A DNA stretch of 64,000 nt from Flavobacteriales bacterium (lineage in GTDB: Bacteria; Bacteroidota; Bacteroidia; Palsa-965), in NCBI GenBank assembly GCA_040377305.1, contig JBEIPA010000008.1:96001-160000 (forward strand), read 5' to 3'. This document shows, one piece after another, positions 30,893-40,500 of this stretch (positions within the stretch are counted from its first letter, which is position 1; every line of letters begins with the position of its first letter). The position numbers were made by a program, and so were the translations under genes. The notes beneath the pieces were generated by a model. That model searched no databases. It saw only the letters and a list, made by a program, of their open reading frames with translations, and was not told the origin of the DNA.

Positions 30893-31254
30893 GATGCTTT
30901 TTTTGTCAGCACAGCGAGGATGATCATGCAAAGCGAAATGCTCAGCAGAATATTTCCGGCTGCGAATAAATAATTTCCTCTTCGGAATAATTCCAATGTC
31001 TCGAAACTGAACGTGGAGAACGTACTGAAGCCTCCGCAAAAACCAATGATGACCAATGCACGCAACGATTCGCTTTGCATTTTCTCAGCGAAGAATCCGA
31101 GTGCGAGTCCCATAACAACAACACTGGCAACATTAGAAATCAACGTTGCCATTGGGAATTGTTGTTCGGGTGTAGCCAAAATCATCTTCGACACCCCGTA
31201 TCTGGTTATGCAACCGATTCCGCCACCGATGAATATGAGCAGGAGGTTAAGCAT
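30889..31254 (-). CDS. crcB: Fluoride efflux channel CrcB/FluC
   Basis: GGGIG...RY, FP.ATL.SN, GFCGGFSTFSTFS.E. Confidence 0.95.
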   Translation of the reverse strand: MLNLLLIFIGGGIGCITRYGVSKMILATPEQQFPMATLISNVASVVVMGLALGFFAEKMQSESLRALVIIGFCGGFSTFSTFSFETLELFRRGNYLFAAGNILLSISLCMIILAVLTKKAS

Positions 31255-31828
31255 TTCGTTTTTCGAGATAAACTTTAGTTAACACAAGATAAACGCAGGC
31301 TGCTGCAATCGTTCCGAAAATTGCTCCGCACAAAACATCTCCCGGATAATGAACGCCGAGATAAATTCGGCTCCAGGCAACTGCGAATGCCCATGCGAAC
31401 ATCCACAACCACGGTCGCCATCCATCCAGATTTTTCCGTTTCACCAGCAATAACATGATGAGTGCCAATGAAAAACTGTTGGAGGCGTGGCCGGAGAAAA
31501 ATCCGTAAGGTCCGCCGCATCCTTCCGGTGAGAGCACTTCATGCTGAGCCAACAATTCTGTATTGTGACACGGTCGCGGACGCTTGATGCCATTCTTAAA
31601 AAGGTTTGCCCCCTGATCACTGATTACAATCATGAGTACAACAGCAAGAATGACTGCCCACGATTGTGATTTGTAATATTTCACAACCTTCCATGCAAGC
31701 CAGAGATATAGTGGAATCCAAATCCACCGATTGCTGAACCACGGTGCAATGAAATCGAAAAATCCGTTGCGGACATGATGTATTCCGAGGAATAGGTCAA
31801 CATCCGTTTGCATCAGCGATTCGAGCAT
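31247..31828 (-). CDS. PAP2 family phosphatase
   Basis: K...KRPRP, FFSGHA, SRIYLGVHYPGDV. Confidence 0.93.
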   Translation of the reverse strand: MLESLMQTDVDLFLGIHHVRNGFFDFIAPWFSNRWIWIPLYLWLAWKVVKYYKSQSWAVILAVVLMIVISDQGANLFKNGIKRPRPCHNTELLAQHEVLSPEGCGGPYGFFSGHASNSFSLALIMLLLVKRKNLDGWRPWLWMFAWAFAVAWSRIYLGVHYPGDVLCGAIFGTIAAACVYLVLTKVYLEKRNA

Positions 31829-31843
31829 GCGATAAAGGTAATC

Positions 31844-31911
31844 GTTCCCTGTTTCCGGTTCCCTGTTTCCGTCAAAAAATAACACACCACCGGGAACGGG
31901 GAACAGGGAAC
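31844..31911. repeat. Inverted arrays of 7-mers (GTTYCCK x4 / MGGGAAC-like x3)
   Basis: GTTCCCTGTTTCCGGTTCCCTGTTTCCG ... CGGGAACGGGGAACAGGGAAC between divergent genes. Confidence 0.75.
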
Positions 31912-31943
31912 ATTTGAGTATGTTTGAGGTAGTAAATCACGCT

Positions 31944-32828
31944 ATGAAATCAACACTTCTACTGCCCTTCGCCCTCACTGCTATATTAGGATTTTCTTCC
32001 TGCGGTGGCACCGATTACGATCCGAACAACGATCCGGTTACAAAAATGTACGACTCCATTGCGAAAGCAGACTCCATGCGTCAATGGGGACCGCCAACGG
32101 CAATTACGTTCGCTGATGCGATGGATACGACAGAGAAATTTAATGATATGCGCGTGACCATCGAAGGTTACGTTTCGGTTGGAAGCAGCATTTATGAAAC
32201 AGAATCTTCCACGAATATTCAGTTGTGGGAGCGCTCCGGACAGCACAAAGGAAATTACATGTCGGTGAGTGTGAATCTTGGGTCGGGCAACAACGAAATG
32301 AAACGTTTGCCGGATGACTATAAACGTTCAGATCTTTTGCTTCATGATGACAAAGGAACCGAAGTAAAAACGGGCGACAGAATCCGCATCACCGGAATTT
32401 ATGATGCACCCTACTCGTTTGGCGACTTTGGCTCAATTGATATTCAGAGCTTCGAGAAGATTGAAGATACACCGCTCGATTATTCTACACTCGGTGCAAC
32501 GAAAGTGACAACCGACACGAATGGTTACGCTGCGTTGGAAGACAAACTCGTTTATGCGGATGGCTATCTTGAAATTCCATCCATGGTGTACATCACTGAA
32601 ACGGTGTACTTCGATTTGTATCCGTCGCAGGGAGCAGATGAATATATCACAGTAGATATTGTAATTGGAAATGGTCCAAACCTCGTGGAAGATCTTCCGG
32701 ATAACTACGGTCAGGACGACATCAAAATTCACGATCACAAAGACATGATCGTAGGCAAGAAAAAAGTTCGTGTTTACGGTGTATGGAAATACGACCGGAT
32801 TGCGGCGGAGCACATTGAAATTCTCTAG
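31944..32828 (+). CDS. Lipoprotein with two tandem OB-fold-like domains, hypothetical
   Basis: Lipobox FSSC; internal duplication V..[ED]GY....Y.TE...G.G.N....LPD.Y...D...HD.K......R..G. Confidence 0.75.
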   Translation: MKSTLLLPFALTAILGFSSCGGTDYDPNNDPVTKMYDSIAKADSMRQWGPPTAITFADAMDTTEKFNDMRVTIEGYVSVGSSIYETESSTNIQLWERSGQHKGNYMSVSVNLGSGNNEMKRLPDDYKRSDLLLHDDKGTEVKTGDRIRITGIYDAPYSFGDFGSIDIQSFEKIEDTPLDYSTLGATKVTTDTNGYAALEDKLVYADGYLEIPSMVYITETVYFDLYPSQGADEYITVDIVIGNGPNLVEDLPDNYGQDDIKIHDHKDMIVGKKKVRVYGVWKYDRIAAEHIEIL

Positions 32829-32830
32829 TG

Positions 32831-32856
32831 AAAAGGCCTCTACGGAGGTCTTTTTT
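32831..32856 (+). terminator. Rho-independent terminator
   Basis: AAAAGGCCTC-TACG-GAGGTCTTTTTT. Confidence 0.75.
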
Positions 32857-32894
32857 GTTTAATCCGGCACGTTGATTGCACGTTAATTACAGAA

Positions 32895-33842
32895 ATGAAA
32901 AAACTCAGCCTATTCTTCTCCTTGTTCGTTGTGACTACTGCGATGATGGCGCAAACAATCGCATTTCCCGATTCTGCTGCGGTGGTAAAAAACAAAGTGA
33001 AAGTCGCGAAGGTGTATTTCACTTCTGCCGATGGGCAACGCTATTTGCAGAAGCTCCTGACGTATGATAAATCCGGCCGTTTACTTACTGAACGTGAAAA
33101 TGAAAACACGTTCTACTACGAATACGTTTACGACGAGAAAGGAAGGAAAATTTCCACCACGCAGAAAACGAAAGACGGAGAGCGAATTCAACAGTTCACA
33201 GAAGAGCATATCGATAAAGACACCAGTCGCAAAGTGCGCTTGTTTCTGAATGGAGATGGTGCACAGCCATCTTATATTTACTACTACGACAAGTACGGGC
33301 GCAAAACCAAAGAAGAACATTACAATCAACTTGGGATGATCAATCGTTACCAATATTGGTACGACGGTAAGGGCAAACAGATTGCTACTTACGATTCCAC
33401 CGGTTACATGTTCACTGCGTCGCTTCGTACAGGAGATCTTCTGACTGAAAGACACATTTACAATGCAGACGGAAAGCTTCTGCATTGGTACACATTCACC
33501 TACAATGAAGCGAAACAAGTAACAGGAATTACTGATTCCACCGGCATTCAACCGACTCAGAAATACGTAGTAGAATATGGCGCAGCGCATGTTGCAATCG
33601 GAGCTACACAAAACGGACAGAAAATGTCAGCGAGCAGTTGGGCGAATTTCAGGAAAGAAGTGTACTTCATTTTTCCCGAATCTCAACCCGAGCGTGAAAA
33701 TGGTTTACCTGCAGCAGAAATTGTAAATGAACATCATTTCACCTACGATAAGAAAGGAAATATTGTTCGTGATGATCTTGTGCAAAAGTCTGGATCGTTT
33801 AGTCAGACGTATGTTTACGAGTATGAATATGAGTTTTACTGA
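32895..33842 (+). CDS. Secreted YD-repeat-like protein (paralog 1)
   Basis: Signal peptide; YD..GR repeats; ends YEYEYEFY. Confidence 0.8.
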   Translation: MKKLSLFFSLFVVTTAMMAQTIAFPDSAAVVKNKVKVAKVYFTSADGQRYLQKLLTYDKSGRLLTERENENTFYYEYVYDEKGRKISTTQKTKDGERIQQFTEEHIDKDTSRKVRLFLNGDGAQPSYIYYYDKYGRKTKEEHYNQLGMINRYQYWYDGKGKQIATYDSTGYMFTASLRTGDLLTERHIYNADGKLLHWYTFTYNEAKQVTGITDSTGIQPTQKYVVEYGAAHVAIGATQNGQKMSASSWANFRKEVYFIFPESQPERENGLPAAEIVNEHHFTYDKKGNIVRDDLVQKSGSFSQTYVYEYEYEFY

Positions 33843-33843
33843 C

Positions 33844-34779
33844 ATGAGAAAATATTTGGTGTTCGTTCTGACATTACTCTATTGCACACTGGGCGCGCAA
33901 AATATTACCATGCCCGATTCTGCAGCAGTCGTGCACAATCATGTGAAATCGGTAAAAATCTATCTCGTAATGGACAAAGGAGAACGAATGATGAATCAAT
34001 ACCTCATCTATGATCGGTTAGGACGGGTTGTGCGAGAAAGCAAAGATGATAAAAGCTACTACCACGTCTATAGTTATGATGCAAATGGTCGCGAAATAAC
34101 CTCTGCAAAATATTCGAAGCAAGGTATGTTCTATCATAAGTACACCACGGAATACATCAACGATACCCTGACCAAGGTTACGCTTTACCAATCATATGAT
34201 TCAACGCAGGCTACACATGTCTATTTTCGCGATCAACACGCAAGAATAGTTCGTGAAGAAGCATACAATCGTGGTCAAATGAATCATCTTAAGATAGAGC
34301 GGTACAATTCCGGTGGTGATGTCACGTACTCGTACGACTCAACCGGCAACAGCGCGGTGATCTATAAAAACGGATTGCTGGTGAAGGTCAGATCGTATAA
34401 CACAGATCGTGCATTAATTCATGATTACACCTACAAACATGGAGAGCATGGAGTAACCGAAATAGTCGATTCGGTTTCCCCTAATCAAGTAACACGTTAT
34501 GTAGTTGTCTATTCCGCTTACGGGCACGTTACCGGTGCAGAACGTAATGGAATTAAATTATCGGAAGCAGAATTCACGAAATTTCAAGGTGATTTTATGT
34601 ATGTTCTTCCACCTACCGATGGGCTAGCGGAAGAAGATGGATTGCCGGTTCCCGAATTGATTAACTCACACAATATTACTCGAGACAAGAAGGGAAACAT
34701 CATTCGCGATGAGTTGACACAGAAATATGGCTCATTTAGCCAGACGTTTGTTTACGAATATGAGTACGAGTTTTATTAA
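33844..34779 (+). CDS. Secreted YD-repeat-like protein (paralog 2)
   Basis: ATG at 33844; shares PDSAAVV.N.VK and DKKGNI.RD.L.QK.GSFSQT.VYEYEYEFY with paralog 1. Confidence 0.8.
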   Translation: MRKYLVFVLTLLYCTLGAQNITMPDSAAVVHNHVKSVKIYLVMDKGERMMNQYLIYDRLGRVVRESKDDKSYYHVYSYDANGREITSAKYSKQGMFYHKYTTEYINDTLTKVTLYQSYDSTQATHVYFRDQHARIVREEAYNRGQMNHLKIERYNSGGDVTYSYDSTGNSAVIYKNGLLVKVRSYNTDRALIHDYTYKHGEHGVTEIVDSVSPNQVTRYVVVYSAYGHVTGAERNGIKLSEAEFTKFQGDFMYVLPPTDGLAEEDGLPVPELINSHNITRDKKGNIIRDELTQKYGSFSQTFVYEYEYEFY

Positions 34780-34786
34780 TCCGTTT

Positions 34787-34865
34787 GGAGATGGGAGTTG
34801 GGAGACGGGAATGTAGTAAAACGTTAATTTTTAAGCTCCCGTCTCCTATCTCACAACTCCCATCT
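34787..34865. repeat. Inverted arrays of 7-mers (GGAGnnG / CTCCCnT) upstream of gap
   Basis: GGAGATGGGAGTTGGGAGACGGGA ... CTCCCGTCTCCTATCTCACAACTCCCATCT. Confidence 0.8.
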
Positions 34866-34872
34866 ATCTTTG
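34865..34872 (+). promoter_or_regulatory. Putative -7 promoter element TATCTTTG for gap
   Basis: Exact TAnnTTTG about 50 bp upstream of the ATG. Confidence 0.6.
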
Positions 34873-34923
34873 TCTTAGGAATCCGTTCGCGGAGCACAAA
34901 TTCCACACAAAATATTTCACAGT

Positions 34924-35922
34924 ATGAGTAAACCCATTCGCGTTGCAATTAATGGATTCGGTCGTATCGGTCGCACAACGTTGCGTGTGATACTGCAGAG
35001 AAAAAACATGGAGGTTGTAGTCATCAACGATCTTACCGACAGTGCTACACTCGCTCACTTGTTCAAGTACGATTCTGTTCATCGTCGTTACCAGGGAACA
35101 GTAACAGCTGAAGAAGGTGCAATTGTTGTCGACGGAAAAAAGATTCCGGTTACGGCAATCAAAGATCCTGCACAGTTGCAATGGAAGTTGCACGATGTTG
35201 ATGTGGTCATCGAATCAACCGGGAAATTCCTCGATCGTGCAAGTGCGCAGCTTCATCTTGTGGCTGGTGCGAAACGCGTAATCATTTCTGCTCCACCGAA
35301 TGGCGATATAACATCCGTTGTTCTGGGTGTGAACGATTACGTGTTGGATGCAAACGAGAGTATTATCTCCAATGCGTCATGCACCACAAACTGTGCAGCG
35401 CCAATGATTAAAATCCTCGATGACAACTGGCAGATTGACGATGGTTACATCACCACGGTTAACTCGTACACCGGCGATCAACGTTTGCATGATGCTCCGC
35501 ATAAAGATTTACGTCGCGCGCGTGCTGCTGCTGTTTCAATGGTTCCTACATCAACAGGTGCTGCGAAAGCAATCACGAAAATATTTCCTCACCTCAATGG
35601 AAGACTTGGCGGTGCTGGAATTCGAGTTCCGGTTCCTGACGGATCTATAACTGACATTACTTGTCAGCTGAAAAAACTTCCTACTGCTGAAGAAATCAAT
35701 GCAGCATTCAAAGCAGCTGCTGAGAAAGAGATGAAAGGCATTCTGGAATACTGCACCGATCCGATTGTATCCATTGATGTTGTTGGCAACACGCACTCCT
35801 GCGTTTTCGATCCGGAATTCACCAGCGTTGTTGGCAACATGGTGAAAGTGATGGGTTGGTATGATAATGAGATGGGGTATTCGGCTAGGTTGGCGGATTT
35901 GGTAGCCAAGTTGAAGTATTAA
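34924..35922 (+). CDS. gap: Type I glyceraldehyde-3-phosphate dehydrogenase
   Basis: INGFGRIGR, SNASCTTNC, PTSTGAAKA, RVPVPDGS, WYDNEMGYS. Confidence 0.97.
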   Translation: MSKPIRVAINGFGRIGRTTLRVILQRKNMEVVVINDLTDSATLAHLFKYDSVHRRYQGTVTAEEGAIVVDGKKIPVTAIKDPAQLQWKLHDVDVVIESTGKFLDRASAQLHLVAGAKRVIISAPPNGDITSVVLGVNDYVLDANESIISNASCTTNCAAPMIKILDDNWQIDDGYITTVNSYTGDQRLHDAPHKDLRRARAAAVSMVPTSTGAAKAITKIFPHLNGRLGGAGIRVPVPDGSITDITCQLKKLPTAEEINAAFKAAAEKEMKGILEYCTDPIVSIDVVGNTHSCVFDPEFTSVVGNMVKVMGWYDNEMGYSARLADLVAKLKY

Positions 35923-35924
35923 TA

Positions 35925-35963
35925 GAACGCGGATCTAGCGGATTGAGCGGATCTTCACGGATT
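35925..35963 (+). repeat. Short periodic repeat GAACGCGGAT-CTAGCGGAT-TGAGCGGAT-CTTCACGGATT
   Basis: Four CGGAT units at 9-10 bp period; begins with the same GAACGCGGAT as the 93-bp repeat family. Confidence 0.8.
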
Positions 35964-35965
35964 TT

Positions 35966-36043
35966 TTAACGTGAATATTCTTTCAACTCCAATTGACTAC
36001 CATCAAAGATCGCACGCGTATCATAACTCAGCTAATCACCAGG
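35966..36043 (-). pseudogene. Relic duplicate of the lpxH 3' end
   Basis: Minus strand translates PGD*LSYDTRAIFDGSQLELKEYSR*, compared with the LpxH C-terminus LGDWLSYDTYAVFDGVNLELKEYK*. Confidence 0.85.
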
Positions 36044-36074
36044 AGTGGTGAAGAGGCTCAACTACCAACTTGGC

Positions 36075-36758
36075 CTACACATCACCCCACATCCGCAACA
36101 AATTACTCCACGACTGAAGTAAAATCTGCGTGTGTTTTCCTTGTGGATCTGTTGCTGCCATTGCGGCGTGTGTCTCTTTAAGATCAGCAAGTATCTGACG
36201 CTGTTCTGCACTTCGAACGGAACATCGGAACCAGGTAACGCAAACGCGCCGTGTTCCTTTCGTAACCTCATTTACATAATGCAGATACTGACAAGGATAA
36301 ATAACAGCTTCGCCGGCTTGTGGTTTGTAGACAACATCGTTCTCGCCATCGCAGATCACGAGTTCACCACCTTCGTATGTAGATGGATCATCCAGAAAAA
36401 TGGTCATCGCCAGATCAGTACGTACAGCAGGAGTTCCCATGAAAGGACTATCGACATGTTTGCCGTATCCCATTCCCGGTCCGTATTTACTGAAGAGGAA
36501 AGGAAAGGCATTTACTGCGTAGAATGTATGTTGAAACTTAGGTTCCGCCATCAGCGCGTTTCCGATCAACTGCTGCAAGTGAGGAAGAACAGTACGATCA
36601 TTCGCGTCTATCTGCTGATTATTCTTCACAGCCTTTGCCGCGTCTGTCGCCGTCAATTTACCATCGATATAAGGAGCAGCATCCAACAACTGCTGTACCT
36701 GCTGAATAACCTCAGCTGTAAGCAGACGAATCGTATAAATGTGACGGACGTTTTTCAT
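36075..36758 (-). CDS. PKHD-type Fe(II)/2-oxoglutarate dioxygenase (YbiX/PiuC-like)
   Basis: DGKLTA...KNNQQ, YGKHVD, RTDLAMTIFL..P..YEGGEL, LH.V.EVTKG.R...V.W, NLLRMW. Confidence 0.92.
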   Translation of the reverse strand: MKNVRHIYTIRLLTAEVIQQVQQLLDAAPYIDGKLTATDAAKAVKNNQQIDANDRTVLPHLQQLIGNALMAEPKFQHTFYAVNAFPFLFSKYGPGMGYGKHVDSPFMGTPAVRTDLAMTIFLDDPSTYEGGELVICDGENDVVYKPQAGEAVIYPCQYLHYVNEVTKGTRRVCVTWFRCSVRSAEQRQILADLKETHAAMAATDPQGKHTQILLQSWSNLLRMWGDV

Positions 36759-36771
36759 GACGAAAAATAGA

Positions 36772-37521
36772 TTATTTGTACTCTTTCAGTTCGAGGTTCA
36801 CTCCATCAAACACTGCATACGTATCATAACTCAGCCAATCGCCGAGATTGATGTAGCGTGCACTCTCCCCAATTTTCTTGTCGAGTGGCAAGTGACGGTG
36901 ACCGAAAATAAAGTAATCGATCTGGTGATGCTTGAGGTACTCGTGGCAGAATAAGACGAGAAACTCTTTGTCGTCACCGTGATACGTTTTCTGGTCTTCT
37001 TTCTTGTCGAGGCCCATGCGTGAAACATAGTCAGCGAGCCACAGACCGAAGTTCGGATGAAAGCGCGCGAACAGCCACTGAGAAAATTTATTGCGGAAGA
37101 CTTTCTTAATGAATTTATATCCGTGATCGCCTGGACCAAGTCCATCCCCATGACCGATGAAGAATTTCTTGCCGTTCCATTCGCGTACAATAGGCTCATG
37201 GTATAATTTCACGCCGCACTCCACTTCGAGGTAACCGAACATCCACATATCATGGTTGCCGGAGAAAACGTGAACGGGAATTCCTTTGTCGGTGATCTCA
37301 GCAATCTTCCCGAGTAAGCGAACAAATCCTTTCGGAACTGCACGCTTGTATTCAAACCACGCGTCAAACAAATCTCCAACCAGGAAAATTTCTGCTGCAT
37401 CCTTCTCTGCTTCTTCCAACCAGCGAATAATTCTCTTCTCTCGTGCGATACTTGCAGCGTGATCAGGAATTCCGAGGTGGAAATCAGATGCGAAGTAAAT
37501 TTTTCCTTTTCCGTTGCTCAT
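36772..37521 (-). CDS. lpxH: UDP-2,3-diacylglucosamine hydrolase (LpxH-like metallophosphoesterase)
   Basis: SDFHLG, GDLFD.WFEY, GNHD, GHGDGLG, GHRH, NLGDW. Confidence 0.88.
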   Translation of the reverse strand: MSNGKGKIYFASDFHLGIPDHAASIAREKRIIRWLEEAEKDAAEIFLVGDLFDAWFEYKRAVPKGFVRLLGKIAEITDKGIPVHVFSGNHDMWMFGYLEVECGVKLYHEPIVREWNGKKFFIGHGDGLGPGDHGYKFIKKVFRNKFSQWLFARFHPNFGLWLADYVSRMGLDKKEDQKTYHGDDKEFLVLFCHEYLKHHQIDYFIFGHRHLPLDKKIGESARYINLGDWLSYDTYAVFDGVNLELKEYK

Positions 37522-40500
37522 TAGAAAGCCGAGCTCAGGAGACTGCCAAAATTCGCAGGACCGAAGCGCGTGATGTTGAATGTAAAACGGATTTTTGAAG
37601 CATAACCTAAGTCGTTTGTTTTGTAATACTGATCGATATCAGAAGACATCAGAATCGGAAAGTAGATATCGCAAACGCCCGGAATTACAGAGAACATCAC
37701 TCCTGAATTGTACAGGATGGTGTTGGTTGCGAGCGCATCTTTCGAACACGTTCCGATATCAGCATACAGCTTAAACTTGTTTAAGAAACGATTCTTCACC
37801 GGCAAATCAATTCTCAGGTTCATCGCAACAAGCCAGTTATTGCTTTGCCCGATCGGAGAATAAAGTTTGAATGCTCCTTCTTCTTCAGCGAATTGAGCTG
37901 CCAACTTTCCGGTTTGCTCTGTTCGTCCAAGGAAAATATGATCAAACAGATAATCCTGATTCTGCAAACCGCGCGGGCTGTAGCCACTCATTCTCCAGCG
38001 ATAAGGCCCGCTGTTCGTGTTGTCGAGGAATGTACCGCCAAACAGACGAAAGTGGAATCCTTTTCCGTTAGCGTAGTTGAATGTGTAATTCGCCGTCATA
38101 CTGAGCTTCGACATGTCGTCACCCATTTGATAACGCACTTCCATATTCCACGGGTTAACACTTCGGCTATTACGCACCATGTACTTAGCCTCATAGAAAT
38201 TATTTACGACAGGCTCGTAAGTAATATCAGATCCTGTGGAATCAACAGACATGATCAAATGATCTACCGATGTATTGATCATTCGCAGCACAAGCTGATG
38301 CTGAATAGGACTACGCGCCACTTTCTTGTTAAAAGTGAATCCGATTTCCGGTGCGATCTTACGGAACATAAGGGTGCGATCAGGAACTTCTCCAACCGGG
38401 AAGTCCGTTGAGTTCGGCGTGTAGTAACTGTACTGATTACAATTTACACCAAGACGAATTGACTGGAAGATTCCAACGTCGACAAAATTCAGGAAGGCAT
38501 CTGCGTGTCCAACAACTTCCTTGCTGCCGAATCCATACATCCGCATAACAGACCATTCGAACTTCTTCGTCGGAACGACGTGATTGTAGAATCCAGCACC
38601 CAACATAAATCCATCGTACTTGTTGTATCCAAGTGTTGGCGTGAAGAATAATTGCGTCCTTGCAGGATTATCCAGGCTTCCTAAGAATTGCAGTTTCAAT
38701 GGCTCAACCTCTTTCAGAATGCCACTGGTCTTGGTTCGGTTGTTCTTGCGATTAACTTCAGGTGCATCTTCCGGTTGATCAACGATGAAATAATCTGCCT
38801 CAACACCCGGGAAGAATGGAATGCTCTCTCCTGCAAATCCTTCGTACCAGATTGACTTCACTACTTTTCCATCTTTCACAGCGCTTACACAAACCGGCGC
38901 CTGAATTTCACCAACGTTCTTCAAGCTAATCTTCCATCCGCCGTCTACTTTCTTTGCGCCGGTGATTTTGTAATCCAGCTTCTTATCGGTTCCGATCATA
39001 TCATCAAAGAACCATCCCAGTTGGCGGGCTGAAACTTCTTCGAATGTTGCACGGAGATCAGCTGGTTGCGGATGCTTGAAATGCCAGCGATCGAAATACG
39101 TTTGAAAACATTTGTCGTAAAGTGTATCGCCGAGATAACCGCGCAGGTAGTCAAAACACACGGCCGATTTTGAATACATTATTGCAGCATAATTCAAAGA
39201 AAGAAAATCTGCTGAATGTGTTTCAATCGGTTGATCCAATCCCTGACGAGCACTCAAACAGTAGAACTGATGGTATTGTGCTTTCTGTTTGTAACGACCA
39301 AGGTCGAACATTCCAGCCATTTTGTTCGGACCGTTCTTCCCTCCTACCAACGCACCATTCGGATACTTCGTTTCGTTGTAACGCAATTCGTTTGCGGAGT
39401 TTATTCCCTCATCCATCCAACCATGAACGCGTTCGTTGCTACCTAACATTCCGTAGAACCAGTTGTGACCAACTTCGTGCATGATTACGGTCTCCAGCAT
39501 TCCTGCCGACTGCACGCCACCGATTACCGTGATGTTCGGATACTCCATTCCACCACCTGCAGACAATGCTCCGTCAACTGCTGTGCAATGATTGTACTGA
39601 TAATCTCCGTTCCAAAGCGAGTAATAATAAACAGCATCGTTCACATATTCAATTCCGTCTTTCCACAGATGCGCGTATTGATTCGTGAACATGACCCAGG
39701 AAGTCACTGTGCGTTTTGAATGCGGAAGCACTACTTCTCCTTTGAGAACATGGTAACGCTTGTCGCAGAACCATGCAAAGTCGTGTACATTCTCCTGGTG
39801 AAAATGTATGGTCTTCATTTCCGTTGAAGAAGCCGGGTGTGCAAGATCTTTCTTATCGAATTCCTTTTTCCCTTTTGTTGCCTCAGCAAGCTGGTTCAAC
39901 CAATCTACTTCTGCCTGATTGTCTACGATGTCGCCCGTTGCACCCAAAACGTAGTTCTTCGGTAAAGTAATTTTCACATCATAGGTTCCGAACTCCGAAT
40001 AGAATTCACCCTGATCGAGATAGGGAATCGGATTCCATCCATTTGCATCATACACTGCAGGTTTCGGATACCATTGCGTGATCTGGTACTGTTGATCGAT
40101 GTGACCCAAGCGCGAAATTCTTCCGCTTGGAATTTTCACACGGAACGGAGTTGTGATAATTACTTGTCCGCCCGGAGCTAGTGGTTTCGTAAGAATAAGT
40201 TTTACGATATCCGGATTCTTGTAATCAATTTCTGCAGGAACCATTTCTCCGTCAACGTGCCAATCAAGACTGTCGATGTAACCGCGGTCTTCATCCTTCG
40301 CGTAGTAGAAAAACAGTTCACCGTTTTCTTTCAGTTGCTGACCAAGCGCTGTGTTGTTGTCTTTGTACGCATTCGGCCAAATGTGCATGTAGATATATGA
40401 AAGCTCATTCGGTGAATTATTCTTGTACGTCAACTTTTCGTAGCCATGTAACATGTGATTCTGGTCATCGAGGCGAACATCGATTTCAAAATGCACAAAC

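Noticed and set aside
32895-34779. RHS polymorphic toxin locus
   Set aside because: The proteins are short and have no DPxG core motif, toxin domain or immunity gene.
35993-36181. 62-aa ORF
   Set aside because: It is antisense to the lpxH relic and the dioxygenase 3' end.
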